Positions 39,450-51,675 of a stretch of 64,000 nt of DNA are shown here, piece by piece. The notes beneath the pieces were generated by a model. The model was not told where the DNA came from, searched no databases, and saw nothing but the letters and a program-made list of their open reading frames with translations. Each line of letters opens with the position of its first letter. Position 1 is the first letter of the stretch. The position numbers were made by a program, and so were the translations under genes. Where the stretch lies: contig OY740784.1 in assembly GCA_963514005.1 (NCBI GenBank), forward strand, positions 124,682,001 to 124,746,000, written 5' to 3'. The DNA is from Raja brachyura (lineage: Eukaryota).

Positions 39450-39670
39450 TTGTACTCGCTGGAATTTAGGAGATTGAGGGGGGATCTTACAGAGACTTAC
39501 AAAATTCTTAAGGGGTTGGACAGGCTAGATGCTGGAAGATTGTTCCCGATGTTGGGGAAGTCCAGAACAAGGGGTCACAGTTTGAGGATAAGGGGGAAAT
39601 CTTTTTGGACCGAGATGAGAAGATCATTTTTCACACAGAGAGTGTGAGTCTGTGGAATTCTGTGAGGCCA
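39450..39670 (+). mobile_element. CR1 fragment
   Basis: YSLEFRRLRGDL..TRGHSLRI. Confidence 0.85.
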
Positions 39671-40307
39671 GAAATATTGTTCTATGTTATATGTTATATT
39701 TAAACCCCTGTCTCACTGTGCGAGTTGTCCCACGAGGTACCCCGAGTTTTCACTCGCGGTAATCCCGTACAATCAACGTAGCGGGAACGTCGGAACTCGC
39801 GGGAGCAACTTAGCGACTCGTGGCGCTAACGGCAGGTACCCGTGAAACTTGTTAACTCGTGAAAAAAATCAAACATGTTTGATATTTTCCATGAGTCAAA
39901 TTTACTGTTCAAGTTAAAAATTGAAACATTTAAACTCGTTGTAATAACGTAGTGGCCCGTGCATTTACCTTAGTGACTCGTGAGTCTACCGTGGCACCGT
40001 CAATGGAAACTTTTCATTTGCCAGGTGGGAAGATAGTTACCCGAGGCCAGACTCCAATAGTAGCAGCATTGAAAGTGACAGCAGAAAGCGGGAGCAGGAA
40101 CCTTCATTTGAATTTGCACTGAGGTTAAATGGATTGTCATCCATGATCATAAAAAGTTGCATATGGATGTAGTGGGTTTATTTACGGGTGACTGTGGCTA
40201 CCGATGACTGTGACTGTGGCTACCGATGACTGTGACTGTGATCCGGGAAGGGACACACACACACACACTATTCACTTTCCCACAAGCATTTACCAAGATT
40301 GTCTAAT

Positions 40308-43300
40308 ATTTTACTTCGGAGTCACGTGAGTGACTTCGTGAAGACCCCACCAGGCATGCATGCGCGACATATCGTCGACCGCATGCGAGCGACAGGCAGG
40401 GAGGAGCATTGCTCCTCTACTGCTGGGACCTGCAGGTAAGTAAAACACTAACCTGCGGTCTTTTTCTTCTAGGTGGCCCTGTCGCAGGGTCTCGCAGCCG
40501 CCTCGGATCTGACTGCTGCGGCAGTCAGCGGCGGCTCCAATAGTTGGAGTCGGGAAGCCCGTTGACCCAGGAGGGTCCGGGCTCATACACTCGCCGGCGG
40601 AGGACGGCAGAGGCAGTCCGACTCCACACCGCAGCCCGCAAGGGACGCCGCGGGCTGGCGGCACGAAAAGGAATGGGGCTTGCCGGCTCGCTGTCAACAG
40701 TTCGCGACGGCAGCGCGGCAGCCCCGACTCTACACCACAGCCCGCGGGGAACACCGCGGGCTGGCGGTGTACATGTAGGAGTGGGGCTTGCAGGCTCGCC
40801 GTACAAAGTAGGAACGGTAGAGCGGCAGCCCCGACTCTACACTGCAGCCGCGGGGGATACTGCGGGCTGGCGGTGTGCATGCAGGAGTCGGGCTTGCAGG
40901 CTCGCCGTCAGAAGTTTCAACGGCGGAGCGGCAGCCCCGACTCTACACCACAGCCCGCGGGGGTGATACTGCGGGCTGGCGGTGTGCATGTGGAGTAGGG
41001 CTTGCTGTGCTTGCCATGGGCAGCAGCCCGACTCTACGCCGCAGCCTGCAGGGGTTCTGCGGGTTGCTGGCATTCAGGGGGAAGCAGGCTTGCAAGCAAA
41101 GGCAGCCTGACTCCACGCTGCAACTGCAGGGATTCTGTGGCCTGGCTACATTAAAGTGCCCTGCTACTCTAGGGTATGCATTGTCTTCAAGAAGTTCAGA
41201 CTGCCAACATATAAAAGTTATTAAAGCATGAGAGGCTGGTCACCATACTTCTTAAAGACCCTCAGGTAAGATACTAACTTTGAATAGCTAAGCGTCTGTA
41301 TTAGAGTTTGCTTACAGAGGGATGGAGACCAGAATGAAGGCAGCGAAGCAGGTCTCCAAGGGCCGTGCGACTTCAGATGGGAGTCAGCGGCCACCATTCC
41401 AGAAGAACGCGGAGGTCGGGGAGCCCTGCGCAGCCAGGACCCGTCTCTCCACCACGGCTGACCATGGGGCCGCAAAATGGTGGAGCACCGCGTGGGAGCA
41501 GGGTGGGCAAGACCTGGACTCCCTACCACTCTCACCTATGCATAGTGACTGTGGGGCAAAGGTGCGTAAACATGTGACCCGCTCGGCGGCTCGTTTTGTC
41601 TCTCCTACTATGCAGGTATCAGAGATGGGGAGAGCTGCGCACAGGTCATGCCCCGCTGCAGTGGGAGGCATCGACATACCGCCGGGGGTAACCTGCTAGA
41701 CTGCAGGCCGGTGATGGACCTGCTGGAAATCGGGGAGCCCTGCAGGAGCGGGAGGTACCAGTGTCCACCGGAGCAGGCTGCCGGAGCGCAGACCGGTGGC
41801 AGCAGTTTACGGCTAGGCAACCCCATTGCTACGGGTAAAGCCGGCTATGCGCCCTCATGGACCCGTGTGGTTAAGGGTGACAGCAAGCCTGCATGGACAG
41901 CGGAGCCGGTATTGGGGACCGGTACCGATCCTTCCCTCTGCCTTCCCACCAGGCAGAGGTGCCGCTTAGGTCCAAACGACGGCGGACTAGCGGTATGTCC
42001 GTGCAGGAGTTGTACAGCCTGCGGGAGCAGGAGGTACCGGCACTGCACCGGAACAGGCTGCCGGAGCGCAGACCGGTGGCAGCAGAATACGGTTAGGCAA
42101 TCCCGTTGCTGCGGGTAAAGCCAGCCAAGCGCCGTCACAGACCCCTGGGGGTGAGGGTGACGGTGTGCCTGCACGGACCACGGAGCCGGTATTGGGGACC
42201 GGTTCCGACTCCTTTCCTCTGCCTGCTCGTCAGGTAGAGAGGCCGCTAAGGTCCGAGGGATGCCGGGCTGCTGAGGGGACAAGAGATGAAGAGGCAGAAA
42301 ATTCTGAAGCTATTGGCGTCGGGCATCACGGCGCTCATCAGGACCCTCGATGGGGCAGGTGCATCCGCAGAGCAGCAGGATGCTCTAGCCCTCCTGTGTA
42401 GCACACTTCGGGAAACTGTTTTAGTCAGAGCTCCATCCGGCCCGACATTAACCCTGAATTCGCTGGGTTGGGTCGTACCTCCACCACACCTCCAAGACAG
42501 CTATTTGGGGAGGACCTGCCCAAGCAGGTCAAAGACGAGGCCATCAAGAACACATCTGCACCAGCTCCCCAACAGCAGAAGCCTTGTTAGGGCAGAGCCA
42601 GTATAGACTACCTCACCACACACCAGCTGCAGGAACAAGGATTTACCGAGGCGATCGAGCAGCACCCAGCAAAGAAGGAATACTAGAAACCAGAACGTCA
42701 GGCTCGCCGGTAACCATGGAGGTAAGGGGGCCTGGTTCTCTTGGAAGTACTGCATGCATAACCTCACAAGTAGGAGGGAGGTACATACATTCTGCGGCTC
42801 TGTTTGTCACTATCCAGGGAACAGAGCTATAGCCATAATAGATGCATGTAACAGCCTTGCTTGCGCCAGGGAACCGACTTTCGACATGCTGCTAAGCTAT
42901 GGGTAAATTGGAGCTACATTCCAGCCACATAATTGGGTCGTTACGCTATCAAAGCTTGGGTGAATAAGCAAAATCTCGGCATGTATAGCGAATGCTGGAC
43001 AATTACGAGCTTAAGCAGCTGCCAATCAAAGCATACTTGAGGTACAACGGTGGATTAGCAATGGTTGTGATTGTTCAATCCCATCATTACATCAAACCTA
43101 GTAGTCGCGTTACAAACCGACGCAAGCGCCGAGGGCTGGGGAACTACTGACACCATTCCAGGTGGGGCGGTAAATGGGATTGCATGAGTCTACTTTCTTC
43201 AATCACAAGGTATAAACTGTTTAGAAATGCTGGGAGCATGTCCAGGGCTGCGCGTTAATGCACTAATCTGCAGCATACGTATGTTTGTCTTCAAAATAAT

Positions 43301-44951
43301 ACCACTGAGGAGGCATGTTAAACCTTATGGGTGGCGTCAAGTTAATATCTTGGGATGAATTGGAAACATTAATTTGGCTCTGGTGGATTGAAAGAAATTT
43401 GAGTTCAGCTATGTACCTTCTGGATAAGCTCAATATAGTGGCGGACACCAGGTCACAAGTATTAATAACGACATCAAGTAGATTAAACCTCCAAATATCT
43501 GCTAAAATTATAGCCTAATATGGAATACCAGATTTCGACCTCTTTGCGTCCAGGTTGAGCCATTGGATACCAACATATGTCTTGAGAACTAGATCCTGGG
43601 GCAGTGGCGATGGACGCGTTTTCGCTACGTTGGGGGGAAATGCGGGGTTTCTATGTTTTCCCCATTCTGCTTCATCAGACAGGTGCTGCAGGATACACAA
43701 CCAGGCTCTGCAACATAAAGGACCATGGATGTCAAACAGCATCGTGCAGAGAGAGTCCAGTAGGAAGCAGTACCTCGCCTACATAAGGATATGGGAGGTT
43801 TCTGTAGTCGGACCTAGACCATCTACATATCTGCTATACTCTCCAAGGTGCTGGAATACTCATGGGTCGTCATTATGACGAGTCCCTCAGTTACAGTGCT
43901 GTATACAGTGCCAGGAGTGCATTGTCGTCCTATCGCTAGATTGGACTGGGATGAGGTAGTGTTGACCCTCCTCAGGAGCTGGTCGCCTATGATGGACTTA
44001 CTCACCTTCAAAGTGCTTATGATAATGGCACTGAACACAGCTCAACAGGTCATGACTTTACAGGAATTAAACCTGGATAGAATGATCGGACCATAATAAG
44101 GTAACTTCTTTATAGAAGAATTACTTACACTACACAGACCTGGGACTACACGTCTGCAAATGGGCATCAGATATATGGAGACGGGTCTGTTTCAGCCATG
44201 GTAACCCACGTCACAGGGTGATTGTGCAGACTATCTCCAGATGACACGAGGTGGTATTCGGTGCAGCAGGTAAGACACTAATATTTTAAATGTCATTCTA
44301 TCAGGGCTGCATCCACATCAGTGGCAAGGACTATGGCGGTGTTCATGGATTTTGGCCTCGCAATAGCGAGCTGGGCCAGTGAATCTACACTTCAGCGGTT
44401 TTATAACTGATTTATAACCGCTCCCGCAACGTTGGCGGATTCAGTTTTAAGTGCTGTTCCCTAAACGTTTGTCCCTGAGTTCAGGGGGTTATTGTTGTAT
44501 TAACAAATGTTATTATTTTTCAGCTTGTTCAAGTCTGAAATACGTTAACATACTTCCTCCATCAGAATTACGGCAGTGTGTGAGCATGGGCGTGGTCCAG
44601 GGCATGTAATCACAGAGCTTTGAAATCTTCACGAAGTCACTCACGTGACTCCGAAGTAAAATAGTAAGATTAAACAAGAACTTACCAGTTTGAAGTTTGA
44701 TCTTTATTTCATGAGGAGTTGCGATGAGGGATTTCGTGCCCTCCACTCCCAACCATCTATTATATATTCAACTGGTATGGTCAAGTTTTAATCTTACTAT
44801 CCTCGGTTTGTGATCTGTGATTCCACACCGCTGCTTTGAAGAATGTCGCGCATGCGTGCCTGGCGGGGTCTTCACGAAATCCCTCATCGCAACTCCTCAT
44901 AAAATAAAGATCAAACTTCAAACTGGTAAGTTCTTGTTTAATCTTACTATT
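40308..44951 (+). mobile_element. DIRS1-type retrotransposon copy C (old and heavily decayed; both ends and ICR retained)
   Basis: ATTTTACTTCGGAGTCACGTGAGTGACTTCGTGAAG left end. ICR at ~44627-44738. Right end ...AATCTTACTATT. Remnants of gag (QQDALALLC), RNase H/MT and YR. Confidence 0.85.
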
Positions 44952-47900
44952 TTGTTGTACATGCTTTCGATATTCATTTTACACCACGTATTGCGACTTT
45001 GTCAAGACCCTTCTGGAAGTCCGTATTCAGGTTGTTAAGGTTTGGCCTCAGCATTCATTGCTTTCAGAAAGATGCTTGCTGCAGACAAACTCGCTACGAC
45101 GATGCACAACTACCCGATACAAACAACATTAGGTTTAGATTTATTACTTTCATGTGTAAAGTTATGTTTTGCATGCTATCCAGTCAAATCAGATAATACT
45201 ATACATAAATAGAAGTAAACTAAATTCAAGTACATAGATCGGGACAGAAACAAAATGCAGATCTTGTCGTTCTCAATATTTTAGCGCTGAATTCCAGAGA
45301 CAAAGTCCAATGGCCACAATGAGGTAGAGGAGAATCGGACGGTCCCCCAATTTATGGAAGGACCATTCAGAAGCCTGATAACAGAGGGAAAGAATGCATT
45401 CCTGATTCTACTGATTTGAGCTTTTAAGCTTCTGTTTCTTCTTCCGATGGGAGCGGGGAGAGGAAGGAATGGCCCGGGTAGGAAAGGTCTTTAGTTCAGT
45501 TGGCTGCTTTCCCGAAGCAGCATGAAATGCACTTGTAGTCAATGGTGGGGAGTTTGGTCTGTGTGGTGAGACGAAGAGATGTAGAGTGGGGGTAGAGTTG
45601 TGGAAGTACCACTAGTTCCCCACACATACAGCCTCTGCTCCTGTCCCTCTGCCCCTGTTCTGCCTGTGCTTCCTGCACACCCTGGCTCTTCTGTACTGTT
45701 CTGTTTTCATTATTGCTTCATACTGCACAGAAACGGGCTCTTCAGGTTGGGAACTACAGTTAGTTTGGAAATTAGCAAGCAGACAAAAATGCTTCCATGT
45801 AGCCTTCCAGCAGTGACGAGACACCATGATCTCATGATCAACCCGATCACCGGAGCCCAACTGTCACTTTAACGACCACAGAAATTGACAAATAATCGCT
45901 TCCTTTGATATTTGAACAACGAAACTCTATTAAACAATGTAACACACAACCTTCAGTATTTTAGCTTGCAGTACACATACATAAATAAACTTATAGTTAT
46001 TCAAAAGACCATGTTTGTAAAATCACACAGGAATATAACTTGATTACTGCAAGCGTGAAACACCTTTTCCCCATTGCTACGATTGTTTCTATAACATGAT
46101 TTTCTATTAAAAAAAAACGGCGTTACATCGCAAAGCAACGATCGTGTTATAGCAGAATTATTGTCCTTGTTGAATGTGAGTGTCTCTGTCTCCATCTTCT
46201 CTTCAAGCCTTTAACCTATTCCTGTTGGGACCCAATACCCATGCTGGTTCTCTCACGCTGGGTTCGGCTTCCCGAACACTATTCCACTCACTGTGTGCGG
46301 CTCCCACGCTCCCGTCAAACTCACCTGCTTCTGATGCCCGCACTCCCTCTAAAGTTCTTGGGTTCAATAGACTCTTCTAAGCCTCGGTTAATGAAAGCAA
46401 GGATTCCGTAAACGTTGCAACCCACCTTGAGCAAACCATCAAGTTCTCGGTGGATAAGAGCTCGGTGGGTCCGGCAATGGAGTGCGATATTTCAGGCCGC
46501 GACCTTTCTTCGGAATGACCATTCTTCACCATCGGTCTGAAGAAGGGTCCCAATAGGAAACGTCCCCCTCCATTCCCTCCACTGAAGCTGCCTGACCCCC
46601 TGAGTTCCTCCAGTGCTTCGTGTTTTGCCCAAGATGACAACAGTTGCAGCTTTCTGTATCACCATCTTCCTAACCCCCACATCTAGCTGTGCTAAATAGA
46701 AACAAATAAATGCAGATGCTGGTTTATACCAAAGATAGACACAAAGTGCCGGAGTAACTCCGCGGACCAGGCAGCATTTCTGGAGAGATGTTTCGGATTG
46801 GGACCCATCTAACGAACGACACCCACCCTTTTTCTCCACAGATGCTGCCTGACCCACTGTGTTACTCTGGCACGTTGTGTGTATCTTTTATCCAGCTGCG
46901 ATGATGCCTTCAAGCAATTTTTTTTCACTTGTACAACAACGTTCCTTGTTGATAGGATATTCCCAATGTTGCTACCATTCATTGCACATGTCCTAATTTA
47001 TCAGCCCTCCTAAAGTGCAATACCTCAGACCTATCAGCATTATATTTTGCTTGCCCCTCCAAATATAACAAACATTCGCCCGCTGGTCGTCTAACTACGT
47101 GATGTGTGTTTCAAATAAATCATAAATATAACTGTACTGGCACTGTACGGTGCGTATTTCCCTTTGTAGGTCATATCAATAGATGCGGCCGCGCTCAATT
47201 CTATCTTTAACTCCAAGCCCCAGGATGGAGATGTCTTCTTTAACACTGTTGCTTCTTTTTTCGACACTCCTCGTGTTTTCCTCACAAATCAGTGAACTAC
47301 TGTTTCTAACTATCTCCTCACGTAACTCTAGCGGATTCTTCTTCAGATATCTCTGTTAGATGTTTCCACACCATTCGCCCAACCAGTGCAGCCTGGATCA
47401 TTGAAACACTACCCAACAAATATGCTCATTGATTGATTGGTTAGAATGCGCCTTCATTCAACTTTGCTCTTTGGAAGCAGCATCTGAAAATCAACACCAC
47501 ATGAATCATCCCTAATGCCGATTTCCCCAATCACTGCACTAATCTACAATTCCCCTCCTGCACTATGCCATCCATTCATTTCCTTCCCATCTCTTAATGA
47601 CATTTTAATATAATTTTGTATTTGCTTTATATCAATTTCCTCTACTGCCATTTATGTAACAAATCTCAATATTGACATTTTATCTGTATGGCTGTATGGT
47701 GACCACACATTTCATTGTACCAAACTGGGACATGACAAATAAATGTATCTTGATATTGGAATGGACAGTCCCAATATTGTTCGAACGGCTCATATTGATA
47801 ACAACGAATGTGTAGGAAAGAACTGCAGATGCTGCTTTAAATCGAAGCTCGACACAAAATGCTGGAGTAACTCAGCGGGACAGGCAGCATCTCTGGAGAT

Positions 47901-48295
47901 CTGAAGAAGGGTCTCGACCCAAAACGTCACACATTTCTTCTCTCCAGAGATGCTGCCTGTCCCGCTGAGTTTCTCCAGCATTTCGTGTCCACCTACCAAT
48001 GAAGGCAGGTCTGTCTGTCTGTCATTCTTGCTCAAATATTTGTTCTCACCTCTCCTCGCTCTCCCTCTCACACACGCAAGCACACGCACACCCAGAAGCA
48101 TTGTAATATAAATTTGAGGAATTCCGAACATATTTTACGAAAAAACTGCACTATGAAACCAATCTTGAAACCATTTTATTTACAACTATACCATGAGTTT
48201 ATATTGTGTAAGGGGCGGAAAAGCACGCTGTTTTAGCCCCATCTCGAAGTTGCAAACCAAATCTCGTTGCACTTAAGTGTAATGACAATAAAAGA

Positions 48296-48326
<31 letters not shown>

Positions 48327-48399
48327 CGCTTGTGCATCTGTATCAGTGAATAGATGTGAAACTGTGAGTGCATCTTGCTGTTGAGTTGGGAGCCGTGTC

Positions 48400-48563
48400 T
48401 CAGCCCCGCCCGCTGCACCACTCGGTTTACTGCCCCGCCCACAGCCGCACCCTCTTTTGCCGGGTATTTAATTCTCTCTAAGAGGGTCCGAAATCCAACT
48501 TCCTTGCAGTTGGTTTGTTGCGAGGTTCTGTACAGAAACAACCGGGTCACACTTCCCAGCGGG
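48400..48563 (+). promoter_or_regulatory. Putative VH promoter
   Basis: Two GC boxes (CCCCGCCC) and TATTTAA ~100 bp upstream of the leader ATG; no canonical octamer seen. Confidence 0.45.
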
Positions 48564-48609
48564 ATGAGGTCGGCGGTTTCACTGAGTCTGTTCCTGGCGT
48601 TAATAGTCC
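48564..48609 (+). pseudogene. IgH leader exon (MRSAVSLSLFLALIV)
   Basis: Hydrophobic signal peptide, phase-1 GTGAGT donor, and an intron 48610-48783 ending TTGCAG that joins in frame to RVHS-DVVLTQ. Confidence 0.9.
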
Positions 48610-48783
48610 GTGAGTAATGAGTTGGACAAATTCCTCATGCAAGTTTCTCAGTGGTATATCCACTACACCGTTCCCCTTCTACCCACTCTAGAACCCTCCT
48701 AATTTATTTCCTATTAATAATTAGAGTCGGGGATCAATGGTCAATAATTTGTCCTCACCATTCATGCCTTTTTTAACTTGCAG

Positions 48784-49123
48784 GCGTCCATTCCGATGTC
48801 GTTCTAACTCAGCCCAAGACAGAGACCGTCCGTCCTGGAGGCTCCATCACACTGACCTGCAAACCCAGCGGGTTCGATGTTAGCAGCTACTGGATGGCTT
48901 TGGTCCGTCAGGTCCCCGGGCAGGGGCTGGAGAGGCTGCTTCGCTACTACTATTCGGGTAACAAGAACTTCGCTCCGGGGATAGAGAGCGAATTTACTCC
49001 GTCCAAAGACAATTCGAATAATATGTTCACCGTGGCGGCCAGGAACCTGAGGATCGAAGACACCGCTGTCTATTACTACTGGCCACTACTGGGGAGGAGG
49101 CGACTTGATGACCGGAACCAGCG
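48784..49123 (+). pseudogene. Germline-fused VH-JH exon, out of frame
   Basis: DVVLTQPKTETVRPGGSITLTCKPSGF..VRQVPGQGLE..EDTAVYYY, then in the +1 frame HYWGGGDLMTGTS and a G|GTAAG donor. No heptamer/nonamer. FR2 Trp is Leu and the second Cys is absent. Confidence 0.88.
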
Positions 49124-50399
49124 GTAAGAAACTTCATCCCATTCAGTCTCTAGATGTATCCAGTTGCAATTTTATTCTATATTTCCAATAATTGTATTAA
49201 ATTGTTCTTCTACATTAATTCCCCATTCATTGCAATGTTGGATCGATGTTGCTCTAGAATGTTATATGATTCCGCTCCAGATTTAAGCTTGCCTTATGTG
49301 CTATGACTTTCGATCCTTTGACTATGAAACGGATGCGGTTTAGTTCCTAATTAGTGGGAAAATGCGCATCAATTTGCTTTCACTGTGCTTGCTAATTGTT
49401 TGAAATTGTTGTGGTCCTTGGTCTGTGATGCATCGAACTGTATTTTCTGATCAACAGCAGGTACTTTGTCTCAGTTTGTTTCGTCTCCGCGCGTATGAAA
49501 CAAACGACAGAAACGGATAAATCCTGGGTGTAAAATTTTCAAGTGTTTAAAGTGTATGTATTAATTGGTGGAATCGCCTTGCCACCTTTAATCCAATCGC
49601 TAACAAAACTTGCATGGAAGAAGTAATAATGTCTTGCAGCAAAACACAGAAGTGCAAGGGTCAGCGTCAGGGTTAATTGCGCAGTTATATATCTTGAAGT
49701 AGAATGAATAGGAAGGAACTGTGGATGCTGATTTGTGCTGGCGATTGACACAAAGAAGGACCAACTCTGCCTGTCCCGCTGAGTTGCTCCAACTTTTTTC
49801 GTCTATCTTGAAGTACAATGAGTTGGTCATGTGAACCAATGTTACAGCAAAGCTAAGAATGCAAAGTCCGTGAAACGTGATCTATAGAATGACAATGTAC
49901 CGGGTGTACGAGGGGACAGAGGAACTAGGGTGACGGAGGAACTGAAGGGAATTCACATTATATGGATATGGTATCTATGTAATCCATGTGTATTGTGTTA
50001 TTCATCGTTATTTCAACAATGATTGGCTCTGTGGTCATTGGGACAATGAATTTTGGTGGCCTTTGGACAGAGATATTTGGATTTTTGTGAAGAGTTTCAG
50101 CAAATGTGTGTTAAGCGATTCAACCCATCACGGTATGATTCAGCCGGTCATTGTGGGAGATGATATTGTTGCACAATTTGACGTGTTTGTACGTTCAATT
50201 CGAATGGCAGCGACCGGGTATTGCTGTTGTATGAAGTGACTGATTAGGTCATTTCAATAAATGCAAAGGAGATACATGTTTAAAAATAAAAATACGAAGA
50301 AATTACTAGAAATCATAAATAGGAACAGTAAATGTCGCAAACGCCCAGAGGGTCACGCAGCCCGTGGCGAAAGACAAATCCCATAGAGGGGAGCCGAAT

Positions 50400-50645
50400 G
50401 ACAGCTGCTAGAGCCAGAGACACGACTTTGTTCCCAAAATCAGGTGCAGACTGTGCGTTCTCCCTGTGGTTTCTTACTGGTGCTCTGCTTTCCTCCCACA
50501 ACCCAAAAGAGTGCAGGTTTGCAGGTTAATTGACCCGGGTGATTGACCCAGGTGGGTCGGGGGTGGATGCAATAGTGCACTAACGTGGAACGCGTGTGTC
50601 GCCGTGGATTTCGTTGGCAGAAGGATCTATTTCTATGCTATATCA
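50400..50645 (+). mobile_element. Degenerate V-SINE (HE1-like)
   Basis: Resembles the V-domain core GTTCTCCC..GGTTTC..GGTGCTC.G.TTTCCTCCCACA..CCAAA. Confidence 0.6.
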
Positions 50646-51180
50646 GTAATTGAAACTGAATTCGCCATGGTTTAGTCTCCCAACGATAGTCGACCTGGAA
50701 AATGCTTGGCTTTCTCTTTCCACAAATGCTGCCTAACCCAATGACCCATTTCTCTGTTTTCTGTCAAAGATCACGAGTTTACCCATTTGGAAAATGTGTT
50801 GACTGTAAAATGGGGAAATTTCAGAACAGCTATTGTTTGGGCATAACTTTTAATCCATGGATTTATTAGAAAGAGAATTTGAATTTGTGTTTGTCTCTGG
50901 CTCCCAATGTCATTTAAACATAAAATGTTCCTCTATTTAGCCAATTGCTAATGAAAAATGTCAGTTTTACGAATAGTTATGGTAAAAAAAATGAAAAATT
51001 GGGAAATGGAATGTTGGAAACAAAATTTACTCTGCTATTTTAGACAATAGGTCATACGGTCCTCGAGCCAGCACCGCCATTCAATGTAATCATGGCTGAT
51101 CATCCACAATCAGTACCCCGTTCCTGCCTTCTCCCCATATCCCCTGACTCCGCTACCTTAATTTTAATTATAAAACTAAG

Positions 51181-51280
51181 AGTATCCCACTAATCCTTGA
51201 ACAGAGTGGGAATTGAAATCGATGGCTTAAAGGAGGGGTTGAGTGACGTTCAAATTTACATTTGCATTTATTTAATTAAA
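51181..51280 (-). promoter_or_regulatory. Octamer-containing block, arm 1 of an inverted pair (candidate intronic enhancer)
   Basis: ATTTGCAT at 51260-51267; 89/100 ungapped identity to the reverse complement of 55409-55508. Confidence 0.45.
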
Positions 51281-51675
51281 ACATTGATTTAGCAACATTG
51301 TGCATTTTCGCTATTAAAAGTAGACTTCCTCTATATGAATGAAAGCCTTTTCCTGTGAAGTCACGAACCAAACTCAGATTTTTTTAATAGATTGCAGGTT
51401 ATAATTTATAATTTGTATCTTTTTTTATTCGTTTCCTATCGGACAGTGATACAATGTTAATCATTCGTTCTTCAGTGCCGATGACATTGTAAACGTAAAC
51501 TCGTTTTACAGATGCTGGAAACGGAAATGAGCATCATTGCATAAACATTCATTTAAATGTATTATTGAATTCATTAAGGCAATGGTGCACACAGACAAAC
51601 ATTGAAACCTGTGCCAATTTATTTAATTACGAATTATTTATATGCTACATTTAGTTTCCAGAAGTTGTGGTATAT

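Noticed and set aside
49381-50110. Possible extra RSS or relic JH (CACTGTG at 49381; TGGGACAA near 50040; GATTTTTGT near 50080)
   Set aside because: No correctly spaced heptamer-nonamer pair, no WGxG frame and no splice donor.
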